DNA of 64,000 nt, taken from NCBI GenBank assembly GCA_965238005.1, contig OZ250165.1, positions 960,001-1,024,000 of the forward strand. The letters are read 5' to 3'. This document shows positions 32,117 through 42,313 of the stretch, piece after piece. The translations under genes were made by a program, and so were the position numbers. This stretch comes from Longimicrobiales bacterium. GTDB taxonomy: Bacteria; Gemmatimonadota; Gemmatimonadetes; Longimicrobiales; Gaopeijiaceae. Positions within the stretch are counted from its first letter, which is position 1; every line of letters begins with the position of its first letter. Below the pieces are notes generated by a model, which did no database searches, was not told where the DNA came from, and saw only the letters and a list, made by a program, of their open reading frames with translations.

Positions 32117-34409
32117 GTGGAAGATCTGCTTAGAGGCGCGATTCGAGATCCTTTTATCTGGGATGACGACGGACGGCTTTATGTGCTGCTGTGGCTTGAC
32201 GAGGTGGCTCGCCGGTTCCACGGATGGTCATTCGACCCCGACGACATCGACTGGCTTCATCTTTCCAGCGGCTGGATGCTCGACTTCGTTCAGAGAATCG
32301 CCACGGATGAAGATGTTGACCCCGACGATCCGCAGATCGACCACCCCTTGCTCCGACACGTCTATGCCCGGCGAGGTGCTCTCGCCGACATCCACGAGTT
32401 GAACGCTGTCGAAAACCAACTCTGGCCGATCCTCAGGCCCGATATTGGAGCTGTCCCGTTTCAGTGGACGGGTGAACACTGAGGTTTATAGTCTGTCCCC
32501 CTCGCTGGGGAGAGGAAAGCTTCCCCCGCGCAGCGGGGGAGTAAAGGGCAACTTGGCCACGCAGGTTTCTCATGCTGCCGCTCCGTGGCGACGCTCGAAG
32601 TTGATGGGCGACAGCTGACCCAGTGCCGAGTGTCGCCTCCGGGGGTTGTAGAAGCCCTCGATGAAGTCGAACACGGCCATCTTCGCCTCGGCCTGGGTCC
32701 GGAAGCGCTGCCGGTCGAGTAGCTCGCACTCGAGCGTCGCGAAGAAGCTCTCGCACATCGCGTTGTCGTAGGCGTCGCCCACGGAGCCCATCGAGGGCCG
32801 CACACCGACATCGTTGCAGCGTAGGCCGAAGGCGATCGAGGTGTACTGGGTTCCCTGATCACTGTGATGGATGACGCATTCGGGCCGGCGCTGCCAGGTC
32901 GCCATGTTCAGCGCGTCCAGGACGAGCTCGGTGCGCAGGTGCGTAGCCATCGACCACCCGACCACCCGCCTGCTCCAGACGTCGAGCACAACCGCGAGGT
33001 ACAAGAACCCCGCCCAGGTCGGGATGTAGGTGATGTCGGCCACCCACAACTGGTCTGGCCCGTCTGCGCTGAAGTCCCGCTCGATGAGATCCGGCGCGGG
33101 ACGGGCGTCCTCGTTGCGCCTGGTCGTCTTCGGGCCGCGCCGCCTCCGGCTAGCTCCCACAATCTCGGCCTGCTTCATGAGCCGGCCCACCCGCTTCTCA
33201 CCGACCCGCTCGCCAGCTTCCTTGAGGTCCGCGTAGATGCGGGGCCGGCCATAGACCCTTCGGTTCTCGCGCCAGACCGTCTCGATCCGCTCTGTGAGCT
33301 CCTCATCTCGCTTCGCCCGAGCCGAAGGCTCGCGATCCAACCAGGCGTAGTAGCCGCTGGGGGAGAGATCCAGCACACGGCACATCGCCCGCACAGGGAA
33401 GTCGGCCTGATTCGTCTTCATGAACTCGAACCCCGTTCCGGGATCGAGTTGCTCTCCCGAGCAAACCAGGCGGCGGCTTTTTTTAGAATCTCCTGCTCCA
33501 TGCGCAGACGCTTGTTGTCACGCCGAAGCTGCCTGAGTTCCCCACGCTCCTCCGTCGTCAGCCCGTCACTGCGACGGCCTTCATCCAAGTCAGCTTGTTT
33601 GACCCAGTTCCGTATCGCCCCGTTTGAGGGCTCGAACTCCCGGGCCAGCTCCTCCACGGAGCGGCCCGACCTGACCAACTCGACCATCTGCCGCCGAAAC
33701 TCCGGCGGGTACGGCGCATGTGTTCTTGGCATCGTGGACTCCTCCTGTCTCCCTCACTACTGAGGTGTCCACCAAAGCGGGTCAACTCCATATCGCGACG
33801 GGGAGCCGAGACTCGCTCTTCTTCGAAGCTCATATCAAGAGGCCTAAGCCTGTGGCGGAAGACTACGAGGAGTCCGCCTACGAGATCTTCGGACGCAGAC
33901 TAGGCGAACTCGTCAGCGAGCGAGAGCGTCTTAAGGGCTCTAAGGAAAAAAAGGCCGCTCAGAAGAAGATTGACACTTTTCTCGTTCAGATTGGAGCCAC
34001 ACGTCCTCAGGCGCGCCCGAACGTTGGGCCGCCAGAGGACATCATGATGAAGCTCTTTCACACAGGACGCCTTCTGATCGAGGCATGCTGGCAGAGCCTA
34101 GATCAGCGCCCGAGCACCCGAACCAAAGAATTCCTGACAGAGTGTGGAGTCGACGATGAAGCGACTCAGCAAGCCTGGGCTGTGCGTCTGGCGCTCCCTG
34201 TGCTGTCGTGCCGCGAAATCTCCGCACTGAGGGATCAGATCAAGAAGGACCGCACCTGGGCTGGTGGGGCGGATCTCCATCCCACAGCTCGACGATTCAC
34301 CGTGTGGCTCCTCGCACACCGCCTTGCTCTTTCAGCCGAAGCCGTCGCGACCAAAGTCGGAGCGGGCTCGGACTGGGATGCGTTCAAGGACCTTCCAAAC
34401 CCCATCTAA
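32117..34409 (+). pseudogene. Hypothetical protein (about 314 aa) split by an IS3 insertion
   Basis: Removing the IS and one TAT joins ...WPILRPD to IATGSRDSLFFEAH... in frame. Confidence 0.75.
32446..33790 (-). mobile_element. IS3-family element, type 2, copy B (intact; orfA 33418-33732, orfB 32570-33421)
   Basis: Inverted near-identical copy of 28787-30131; 3-bp TSD TAT; intact HHSDQG. Confidence 0.95.
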
Positions 34410-34590
34410 GGACCAGCCCTCCCGTCCCGTCCCATGAGGGGAAAACCCACGGGTTTTCGTTCTCATTGTGGTTCTCCCGCAGTCCTTATCCTTCTGGCCC
34501 ATCGTCCGAAGACCAACGGCGTCCGAGGGCGAATCACATACTGACCGGAAGATCGCAAAATGTCATCATCAAAGAAAACACAGTCTCAGC

Positions 34591-35937
34591 TAAAGGCGGT
34601 TCCGGTTTGCTGGACAAGTCGGCGGCCTAATCAAGCCGCCTTCAGGGTGAGCTCCTGACGGACCTGGGCCGGGGTCCGATACCCATGCCGCTCTAGGAGC
34701 CACCCGCGGTTGTAGCGTTCGATAAACGCGTCGATCTCCTGTCTGGCCTCCTCGAGACTCTTGAAGTCGTGGAGGTACAAGCACTCCTCCTTCAGCGTCC
34801 GCATGAAGCGCTCTGCGACGCCGTTGCACTCCGGCTCTCCCACGTACGAGGCCGTCGAGCGGATCCCGAGCCAGGCCAGCTCCCCCTGGAACTGATGCGC
34901 CGTGTACTGCGGTCCCCAGTCGTGCCGTAGGCCGAGCCCCAGAGCGATCTTGGGCGCGTAGTCGTCCATGTGGGTCCGTACGCCCTGGCGGATCGGCTCG
35001 AGCGCTGCCCACCGATCGCCCTTCTTCGCCACGTGCCAGCCCACCACGTCCGTGACGCAGTGATCCACCGCCACGAAAAACCAGCACCACCCATCCTCCT
35101 TCGTGTAGAACCGCGTCGCGTCCGTGCCCCACAGCTCGTTCGGCACGTCCGTCGTGATCCGGCCACTGTGGCTCCGGTCCCCATGCGGATGCTTCCCGCG
35201 TCGTACAGGGGCCAGCAGCCCATTCTCCCGCATCAGCCTGAGCACGCGGTTCTTGCCCACATGGATCCCCTTCGGCCTCAGGCGCGCCCTCACCTTTCGA
35301 TGACCCTCGCCCAGGAAGTCGCTCTGCTTCAGCACCTGTCGGATCTCCTCTACCAACTCCTCGTCGCTCAGCTTCGTCTTCGGTCCTCGTTTCTTCGGCT
35401 CTGCCGGCCCCTCGCTCTCTTCTCGATCCCGGGCCGCATAGACCGTCGAGCGCCCCACCCGCCAGGCCTCGCAGATCATCGTCAGAGGGTAGGGCCGCCC
35501 GGTCCCCGGACTCACTCGCGTCCACGCTTCAAGAGCGTCCGTAGCTCGTCCCCGTACCCCCTTTTTTCCAGGAGCTCTCTCGCAAGCTCCAGTCGCATCG
35601 TCAACTCTCCCAGCTTCGCCTGGGTCCGGGTCAGCTCTCGTTCTCCAGGGTCCCGGCCCCGGCGCCTCAGCCCCTGCTGACCGGTCTCCAGAAACACCCG
35701 CCGCCATTCCTCCAACTCCGGTGGTGAGACCTGCACCTCGCGGCTGACCTCCACCAGATCCTCCCCCCGCAGCAGGCGCAGCACCACCTCCGTCTTATGC
35801 TGTGCGCTCCACCGCTCGGGTACCTTCTCACGACCTTCGGTCGCCTTCTTTTCCCTCGGCTTCTGGGCCATCACGTCCCTTTCTCTCTGGACCCGCTCTC
35901 TTTGCCAATCTACTGTCCAGAGAAACCGGGGAGCTCA
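34591..35937 (-). mobile_element. IS3-family element, type 1, copy B (orfA 35512-35874, orfB 34631 to about 35515); outer ends approximate
   Basis: Same proteins as 19617-20920; imperfect IR cores CGGTTTGCTGGACA (34603-34616) and TGTCCAGAGAAACCG (35914-35928). Confidence 0.93.
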
Positions 35938-36161
35938 AGGCGGAGAAGCTCGCCGGTCTTGAGAAGCTCAAGGGGAGTCTGTGGCATGCGTACAGGCGTA
36001 AGTGGGCGACGGAGAGGAAGCACCTACCTGGTGCTGATGTTGCAGCGGCTGGTGGCTGGGCGAACGAGTTGACGCTCTTGAAGGTCTACGAACAACCTGA
36101 TCCGGAGACTATGCTCATGGTCGTTCTCGGGGGCGGTGAACTGAGAGAGCGGAAGGCATGA
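35934..36161 (+). pseudogene. C-terminal remnant of a tyrosine recombinase/integrase
   Basis: KAEKLAGL..WHAYRRKWATERK..GGW..TLLKVYEQPD carries HxxR, W and the catalytic Y. The 5' part is lost at the IS. Confidence 0.8.
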
Positions 36162-36257
36162 ATCGCTCCGCTTCTTGCACAAAAGATTGCACACCCGGTT
36201 TCGCGGTGCGATCCGTGATGCGAGAGCAATGGCTTACGCAAGCCACGAAAGACCCAC

Positions 36258-36332
36258 GGGCGGTTAGCTCAGTTGGTTCAGAGCGCCTGGTTTACACCCA
36301 GGAGGTCACTGGTTCGAATCCAGTACCGCCCA
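36258..36332 (+). tRNA. tRNA-Val(TAC)
   Basis: Full cloverleaf: GGGCGGT/ACCGCCC acceptor stem, CCTGG-TTTACAC-CCAGG anticodon arm, ACTGG-TTCGAAT-CCAGT T arm. CCA not encoded. Confidence 0.97.
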
Positions 36333-36613
36333 CTTAGGAAAACACAAGTCCCTGCAAGGCTTTCCGGGTCTGCGGGGCCTTCACTTACTTGATGGACAAA
36401 ACACTGCGTGCACAGTGCGTGCACGCGCCGCCGAGGTTCGTATGACGCTTGTTTCGGAGTGTAAAACAGACATACAGAATCCACTAACATCCAAAGGCCT
36501 CCCGGTAGATTCATAAACTCCTGTAATCGCAGCGCTTTACGCGGGTACTTCCCTACCTCTTCCCGCCCACACCGACCCTTGTAATCCACTGCCATCCCCT
36601 TTACGATTATGGG

Positions 36614-37894
36614 ATGGATAATGTGATCACTCCGCCCCGCATCCGCCGGAAGGGCAAGCCCAAGGGCCGCCATCCCCACAAGCGGCTCTCGACCGCCTTC
36701 GTGCGCTCCGCCCCGCCCGGTAGACACTGCGACGGCAACGGGCTCTACCTCTACGTGCAGCGGACCGGAACCCGGAGCTGGATTCAGCGGCTCGTCATCC
36801 GGGGGCGCAAGCGCGAGCTCGGGCTCGGCAGCGTCCCCCTGATCTCGCTCGCCGAGGCCCGCGAGCAGGCGCTGGCCAACCGGAAGCTCGCCCGCACGGG
36901 CGGTGACCCGCTGGCCGAGAAGCGCCGCTCGCTGGGCATACCCACCTTCGCCGATGCCGCCAAGCGCGTGGTCGAGCAGAAGCGGGCCGGGTGGCGCAGT
37001 TCGGAGCACCCGAGGAACTGGTTTCGCAGTCTGGAACTGTACGCCTTCCCGCGCATCGGGGAGGTGCCGGTCTCGGAGGTCACGAGCGCCGACGTGCTGG
37101 AGATCCTGACGCCCATCTGGCACGCGAAGGGGCCGACGGCGCGGACGGTGCATCTGCGCATCCGCGCGGTGCTGGAATGGGCCATCGCCATGGACTGGCG
37201 AACCGACAACCCGTGCGACCGGCTCCTGCCGGTGCTCGGCCCACAGCACGATGTCGTCCGGCACCGGACGGCCCTGCCCCACCGGGAGGTGTCGGCGGCC
37301 ATCGAGAAGGCGCGGGCGGCGAACCCGGGCAAGGTGGACACGTTGGCGTTCGAGTTCCTCGTGCTGACCGCGGCGCGGGGTGGGGAGGTGCGTGGGGCGG
37401 TGTGGAGCGAGATCGACCGGGACGCGCGCGTGTGGACGGTTCCCGCGAGCCGGATGAAGACCGCGCGCGAGCACCGGGTGCCGCTCTGCGGGCGCGCGCT
37501 GGAGATTCTCGATGCGGCGCGGAAGCTGGGCGGCGGCGAGAGTCCGATCGTGTTCGTCACGGAGCGCGGGAAAGCGCTGGGCGGCGAGCGGATGCGCCGG
37601 TTGCTCGAGAGGTACCGGATCGCGGCGGTGCCGCATGGGTTCCGGTCAAGTTTCCGCGACTGGGCCGCCGAAGAGACCGATCATCCCCGGGAGGTCGTCG
37701 AGGCGGCGCTGGCGCATGTGGTGAAGAACAAGGTAGAGGCGGCGTACATGCGCTCGGACCTGTTCGAGCGGCGGCGGCGGCTCATGAACGACTGGGCCTC
37801 CTATCTGGCCAGCGATTGCCTAGACCCGACCGCCGCGACTGGCGGTGTCTTGCACGCTAACGCACTCGTTGGAGCAGCCGACGAACATCCTTAA
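36614..37894 (+). CDS. P4-like tyrosine integrase with N-terminal arm-binding domain
   Basis: DGNGLYL, LGLGSVPLISLAEAR, TAARGGE, RMK, HGFRSSFRDW, LAH and AYMRSD. Confidence 0.95.
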   Translation: MDNVITPPRIRRKGKPKGRHPHKRLSTAFVRSAPPGRHCDGNGLYLYVQRTGTRSWIQRLVIRGRKRELGLGSVPLISLAEAREQALANRKLARTGGDPLAEKRRSLGIPTFADAAKRVVEQKRAGWRSSEHPRNWFRSLELYAFPRIGEVPVSEVTSADVLEILTPIWHAKGPTARTVHLRIRAVLEWAIAMDWRTDNPCDRLLPVLGPQHDVVRHRTALPHREVSAAIEKARAANPGKVDTLAFEFLVLTAARGGEVRGAVWSEIDRDARVWTVPASRMKTAREHRVPLCGRALEILDAARKLGGGESPIVFVTERGKALGGERMRRLLERYRIAAVPHGFRSSFRDWAAEETDHPREVVEAALAHVVKNKVEAAYMRSDLFERRRRLMNDWASYLASDCLDPTAATGGVLHANALVGAADEHP

Positions 37895-38924
37895 GTCGCT
37901 GCAGTTCGTCTGCCGATAAACCATCGGGATCAAAGTGCATTACGTCATTGCGGATTCCCCGGACTTCGATCAGCTGCGTGACGAAGGTATTTCGGTCCAG
38001 ACCCACTCCAAGGCGCTGCCAGTGCTCCGGCCTCTCCAGCAGACGCATGCACTCGCCGAACGTGAGGTCGGTCACACTATGCACCTCACGCTTTTCGTCA
38101 GCGGAGTCCTTCGCGTCTTTCAGTTCCTTAGGTGAGAAGTGCCCGTTGATGAGACGACGAAGCTGATTCTCGATCTCGCTTAGAAGCAGGAACGGTTCCG
38201 TATGTTCCCGAAACATGATGCTCAGGTCAGTAGTAGTAACGATACCCGCAATCAGATTCTCGGCCCCTCGAACCAGCACTACTTCGTGGTCCACAATCTT
38301 CTGGAACGCCGTAAGCAGCGAGTCTTCTGCTCTAACCTCCTCATATCTCTCCATGCATTTCCCGACGCGTGTGGATTCCACGCCTTTGGTACGTGCCAGC
38401 AGAACCGAGCGCCAGCTGATCATGCCATCCACGCTGCGCATGTCCTGCGTAACGGGCAACTGAGAATAGTCGTGCATCGCCATGAGGCTCAGGGCCTTCT
38501 CCACCGGGTCGTCACGGTTCACGGTTACCGGCGCCCGGTTCGCAGCGGGCAGCATCCGTACACGCAGTACCGGGTCTTCGATGAGTGCTTCCGAGGCCGA
38601 CGAATCCGTCGTGTCCGTGTTCGCATCTCTCAAGTCCTTCGGGTCTTGATCGTCACCGGGTTGAGGAAGGGCACCCATGTCATCGGCGAGCCAAAACGTC
38701 AACTACCCATCGATATAAGCTGTCGCGAAATCCGGCTCGGTCGATAGGCCCGTGCGGCGAAGCGCCCCTTTCACCGTCGCAACGACGCGCCAGCCTCGAC
38801 GCTGCTGACCAAACCACTCCAGCAACTGACGGACGGTTACGGTCGGGGGCGAGTCACCGTTCTTAAGGGACTCGGCGACCCTTCTGAGCTGGGACAGCCC
38901 ATTGGTGTTAGGCGGCGTATTTAT
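37857..38924 (-). pseudogene. CBS-pair plus Swt1-like HEPN protein; in-frame TAG at 38703-38705 and ATA at the expected start
   Basis: CBS motifs DYSQLPV, GMISWRS and GIVTTTDL; HEPN-type EIENQLRRLI, LTFGE and RNDVMH. Upstream of the TAG the frame is protein-like (TVRQLLEWFGQQRRG..TEPDFATAYIDG) back to GGAG-N9-ATA at 38924. Confidence 0.75.
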
Positions 38925-39135
38925 GGGGGACAGCTCCGTGGTGATGATTGGCGCCGAAGCGGGCAGCCCTCACGAGACAGTGATGGGCCTGCATGATAGC
39001 AATGGAGTCAATCCCGTGGATCCCGGACCTGTTCGAGCGCCATCGGCGGCTCATGGACGACTTGGGCGGCGTACCTGGCCGCCGGGAACCATCAGCGGCT
39101 CGGACCATGATCGCGCGTTCGGCCACGCTGGCGCA

Positions 39136-39369
39136 TCAGCTCCAGCGCCCGCGCAACGTCGCGGCGATCGTCCTGTAATCCGCGGCCAAGCGTGTCATTT
39201 GCCCGGAGAGCCGTTCGACTTGCTGCCGCAAGGTCTCGCTCTGCGCGGTCTGCCGCTCGACACGCTGCTGCAAGGCTTCGACCTGCTCGGAGTGCCGCTG
39301 CTGTTCCATCTCGTACTGAGCGGACAACCTCTCCAAGGCCGCCGTCAACTGCCGTTCTAGTTCGGTCAT
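39136..39369 (-). CDS. mbeD: MbeD/MobD-like coiled-coil protein nested in the relaxase gene
   Basis: MTELERQLTAALERL N-terminus; GGAG RBS; nested position as in ColE1. Confidence 0.8.
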   Translation of the reverse strand: MTELERQLTAALERLSAQYEMEQQRHSEQVEALQQRVERQTAQSETLRQQVERLSGQMTRLAADYRTIAATLRGRWS

Positions 39370-39378
39370 ATAGCTCCT

Positions 39379-39873
39379 TCACTCTCTCGACAGCTTCACG
39401 GCAGGCCGCCCGCCCAAGTTCAAGGGCGGATAGTCCAGCGTGCCGGCCGGCAGCACCACGAACCGCTCCCCGTCGATCTCCCGCAGCGTCACGCCCCAGG
39501 TCGTCTCCTCGATCCCGGCCAGGATCTCTCTCGCCTGCTCGATTTGCACGTTCACGGTCGCCAAGGTCCCGATCCGGCGTTCGATGCTCCTCGACAACCA
39601 GTGCATCGTCGCCCAGCTGCCGCCGCTGATACCGAGAAAAAGGCTCAGGCCGATCACCAGGGGCCGGACCCACGCGCGCCTCAGTAGGACGCTCACCCGC
39701 GCGGTCGCCGCCGCCGTATCGGCCTCGATGGAACGCAGCGCGCCGCTTGCGGCGGCGCTCAAGCTCTCGCCGAGCCGCCTCAGCTCGCGCGTGGCCGTCT
39801 CCTCGATCTGTCGGCGGTCGGCCTCCAGCTGGCGGCGCAGCCGGGAGGTCAAGTCGTTCGGGTTGGAAGTCAT
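39379..39873 (-). CDS. mbeB: MbeB/MobB-like protein nested in the relaxase gene
   Basis: Coiled coil, one TM helix and C-terminal TWGVT..GERFVVLP; AGGAG RBS inside the RLKGALY codons. Confidence 0.78.
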   Translation of the reverse strand: MTSNPNDLTSRLRRQLEADRRQIEETATRELRRLGESLSAAASGALRSIEADTAAATARVSVLLRRAWVRPLVIGLSLFLGISGGSWATMHWLSRSIERRIGTLATVNVQIEQAREILAGIEETTWGVTLREIDGERFVVLPAGTLDYPPLNLGGRPAVKLSRE

Positions 39874-40609
39874 GCTCGTACAGCGCTCCTTTCAGCCGCC
39901 ACCGCTTTCCGCTGTCCGGATCGCGGGCGGTCACGTAGTTCTTGCCCTGGCGCGGCACGTCGAGGCCGACCGCCTCCAGGGCGGAGACCACGTCGGCGCG
40001 GCCTTGCACCGCGCCATGCTCGACGCGTTGCACCAGGTAGTCGCGGATCAACTCGCGCGGGTCGGCTTCCTGCTCGAGGCCGGCCCGCAGCTTCGCCGCC
40101 TCGATGTAGGCCAGGTGGCCCGGCCGCTGCGCCCTGGCCCGCGCCGGGTCGTCGGGGCGGCTCCAACCGTGCTCGTGATTGAAGGCGTTTTAGCGCCGCG
40201 CAGCGGGTCGAAGGTCTTCTGCCAGCCGGGCGGTGCGATGTTCAGGCTGCGGCCCGTCTCCAGGTCGCACTGCGCGGCGAGGACGTGCACATGGACGCCG
40301 CTGCCGCGCTCGCGGTGCAGGACCGCCGTCCACGAGTAGCGGTCCGGCTCCAGTCCCGCCCACGCCGTCTTCTCGAACTCGTCCAGCACGGCTCCGATCT
40401 GTTCCTCGGTCGGCTGGTCGTCTGGCGCCCACGCGATCACGACCGACGTGTACTTGCGCTCGAACTCCAGCGAGTCGGCGACGGCGGCCACCATGTCCGG
40501 ATTCCCGCGGAGGACTTCGACGCCCTCGCGCCTGTGCCCCTCGGCGTCCCGCTCGCCGACGAGATAGTCGACCGCCGCCCGGGCCGAGCCCCTGCCATGC
40601 CGGAGGCAC

Positions 40610-40945
40610 TTAATGTGCATCCCCGCCGTCTCCGTCGAGGCGGGCCACGGCGAGCAGCGACCGCTCGAACGACACGAGGTTGGCGATCACCGCGACGGCT
40701 TCGACCGCCGAGGCGTGCGTGTTCGCCCAGCGCGCGAGCTGGTTCAGGTTGCTGCCGATGCGCGCGATCTGCCGGGTGCGCTCGCGCTCGACGGAGCGTG
40801 CAGGCGCGGTCCACGTTCGTGTCCGCGCCATCGCTTGCCGCAGCAACTCGGACGGTGACACGCCAGCGGCGGCCGCCTTCTCCTGCCAGACGGCGTGCTC
40901 CGCCGGGGTGACCCGGGCGGCGACCAGGGCGGTGCGCTCAGCCAC
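40610..40945 (-). CDS. mobC: MobC/MbeC relaxosome accessory RHH protein
   Basis: KAAAAGVSPSELLR and IARIGSNLNQLARWAN; overlaps the relaxase start. Confidence 0.9.
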   Translation of the reverse strand: MAERTALVAARVTPAEHAVWQEKAAAAGVSPSELLRQAMARTRTWTAPARSVERERTRQIARIGSNLNQLARWANTHASAVEAVAVIANLVSFERSLLAVARLDGDGGDAH

Positions 40946-41029
40946 GCGCGGGCCGTCGACGGGGTTCGGGGGGCGGCGAAACCGGCCTGCCCGCTGCTCG
41001 GGCAGCGACCCGACAAGCCGGGGGTTCTG

Positions 41030-41106
41030 AAGGGGGGCGCAGCGCCCCCTCGCCAGCCGCAACGTTAAACGTGGCGTGGCCTGGCTTAGGCACCATAAGG
41101 GTGCCA
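41030..41106. other. Putative oriT with ColE1-type nic (CTGG^CTTA at 41081-41088)
   Basis: CTGGCTTA upstream of mobC, flanked by hairpins GGGGGCGC-A-GCGCCCCC and GGCACC-N5-GGTGCC. Confidence 0.7.
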
Positions 41107-41439
41107 GACAGCCCCCCGGCGAGCGCGCCGGACGGCCTCCGGCAGCGGGAATCTCGGGTCGGCGGAATCTCCATACCCCTACACGGAGAAGCCCTTCTCA
41201 CGCGGTGTCAACAGCGTGAATCGAGGCGATTTCCCAAGGGTTCCAGCGCCGTCCCAGAGTCGGATCGGCCTCCGCCAGCGCCGCCTCCATCGCCCGCTGA
41301 CTGATGGCGGACAGAGACCAGGAGGCCGAACCGATCCGCTGTTTCCGGGCTCGCAGCCGCGCGTTGGTTGTAGAGGTCGTGGTCTACAGAACGGATCGTA
41401 GATAGGTTTCTCTACACGCCTCGGTCATGGAGGAGTCGC

Positions 41440-41895
41440 GTGCAGCCTGCATCTCCGAATCATAGCACAGATCTGAGGAGCCTCCTGTCAAGAGCTGCGG
41501 AGGCTGCGTCGTACTCCGGCAAGAAGATGATGGAGTCTGCCGGTCTAAGTTGGCAGTCCCTCGCTGCATGGAAGGCCGGAACCCGAAGACCCCGTGCTGA
41601 GAGCATCCATGCGGTCGGTCACGCCCTGCTGCTTCGTGGTGATAGGATCCGCCGGATTGGCCTTGAGTTGATTCGGGCGGCTGAGCAGGCGTCTGGCCAG
41701 GGGAGGCCTACACCTGCGACCGATGATGGCCCGCAGCGCGTACTGTTCGCTCCGGCACGGGCCGCAGCCGAGACCTCCCAACGGCTGCACGACGATGGTG
41801 CGGAGGGTGCTCCCAACGACCGGCATGACTCGGGAAGGGCCTCGACAACCACCGGTAACTCGGAGGGCCTGAGTCTTGGATCGCGTCACACCTGA
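41440..41895 (+). CDS. Putative XRE-like HTH regulator (possible R-M controller)
   Basis: AGLSWQSLAAWKAGTRRP resembles an HTH; directly upstream of and overlapping vsr. Confidence 0.45.
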   Translation: MQPASPNHSTDLRSLLSRAAEAASYSGKKMMESAGLSWQSLAAWKAGTRRPRAESIHAVGHALLLRGDRIRRIGLELIRAAEQASGQGRPTPATDDGPQRVLFAPARAAAETSQRLHDDGAEGAPNDRHDSGRASTTTGNSEGLSLGSRHT

Positions 41896-42313
41896 GCAGC
41901 GTAGCAAGATGATGGCGGCCGTACGCTCCAAGGACACGAAGCCGGAACTGTTCATCCGCAGAGCACTACACGCCCGAGGCTACCGATTCCGCCTCCATCG
42001 CCGCGACTTGCCGGGCAAACCGGACATCGTGTTCCCGTCCCGAAAATCCGCGATCTTCGTCAACGGTTGCTTCTGGCACGGGCACGGCTGTCCGTCCGGC
42101 GCACTGCCGGCCACCCGGCGAGCTTTCTGGAAAGCAAAGATCGGCCGAAATAAGGATCGGGACGCGGAGAACCGCCGTGAGCTTGAGGCGGCGGGGTGGA
42201 ACGTCCTAGTGGTATGGGAATGCGACTTGCGACGGCCGGAGCCGGTAGAGCGCGTCGTTGCTTGGCTGGAAGCCGATCGGCCCCGCAATCTTGGACGGGA
42301 CGTAGAGCCATGA
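41876..42313 (+). CDS. vsr: Very short patch repair endonuclease
   Basis: RSKMMAAVRSKDTKPE, LPGKPDIVF, FVNGCFWHGH and VVWEC. Confidence 0.96.
   Translation: MDRVTPEQRSKMMAAVRSKDTKPELFIRRALHARGYRFRLHRRDLPGKPDIVFPSRKSAIFVNGCFWHGHGCPSGALPATRRAFWKAKIGRNKDRDAENRRELEAAGWNVLVVWECDLRRPEPVERVVAWLEADRPRNLGRDVEP

Larger units (their letters stand above)
39092..40620 (-). pseudogene. mobA: ColE1 MbeA-like relaxase frameshifted by an 8-bp insertion at 40189-40196
   Basis: VDYLVG (catalytic Tyr), KYTS, LHRERGSGVHVHV and DLETGRSL. Removing TTTAGCGC restores DPLRDAFNHEHGWSRPDDP and joins ORF 39092..40051 (RLKGALY). Confidence 0.88.

Noticed and set aside
28787..33790. Composite transposon formed by two inverted IS3 copies around the protease
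   Set aside because: Copy B has its own TAT TSD inside a gene, and the outer flanks (GTC and TAT) do not match, so these are independent insertions.
19617..35937. Inversion between the two inverted IS3 type-1 copies
   Set aside because: Both flanks of copy A belong to the same amidohydrolase gene in register.
360..38705. Stop-codon reassignment or readthrough explaining the in-frame TAA and TAG
   Set aside because: Different codons are involved, many normal genes end in TAG or TAA, and no suppressor/Pyl/Sec machinery is in the window. Pseudogenisation is simpler.
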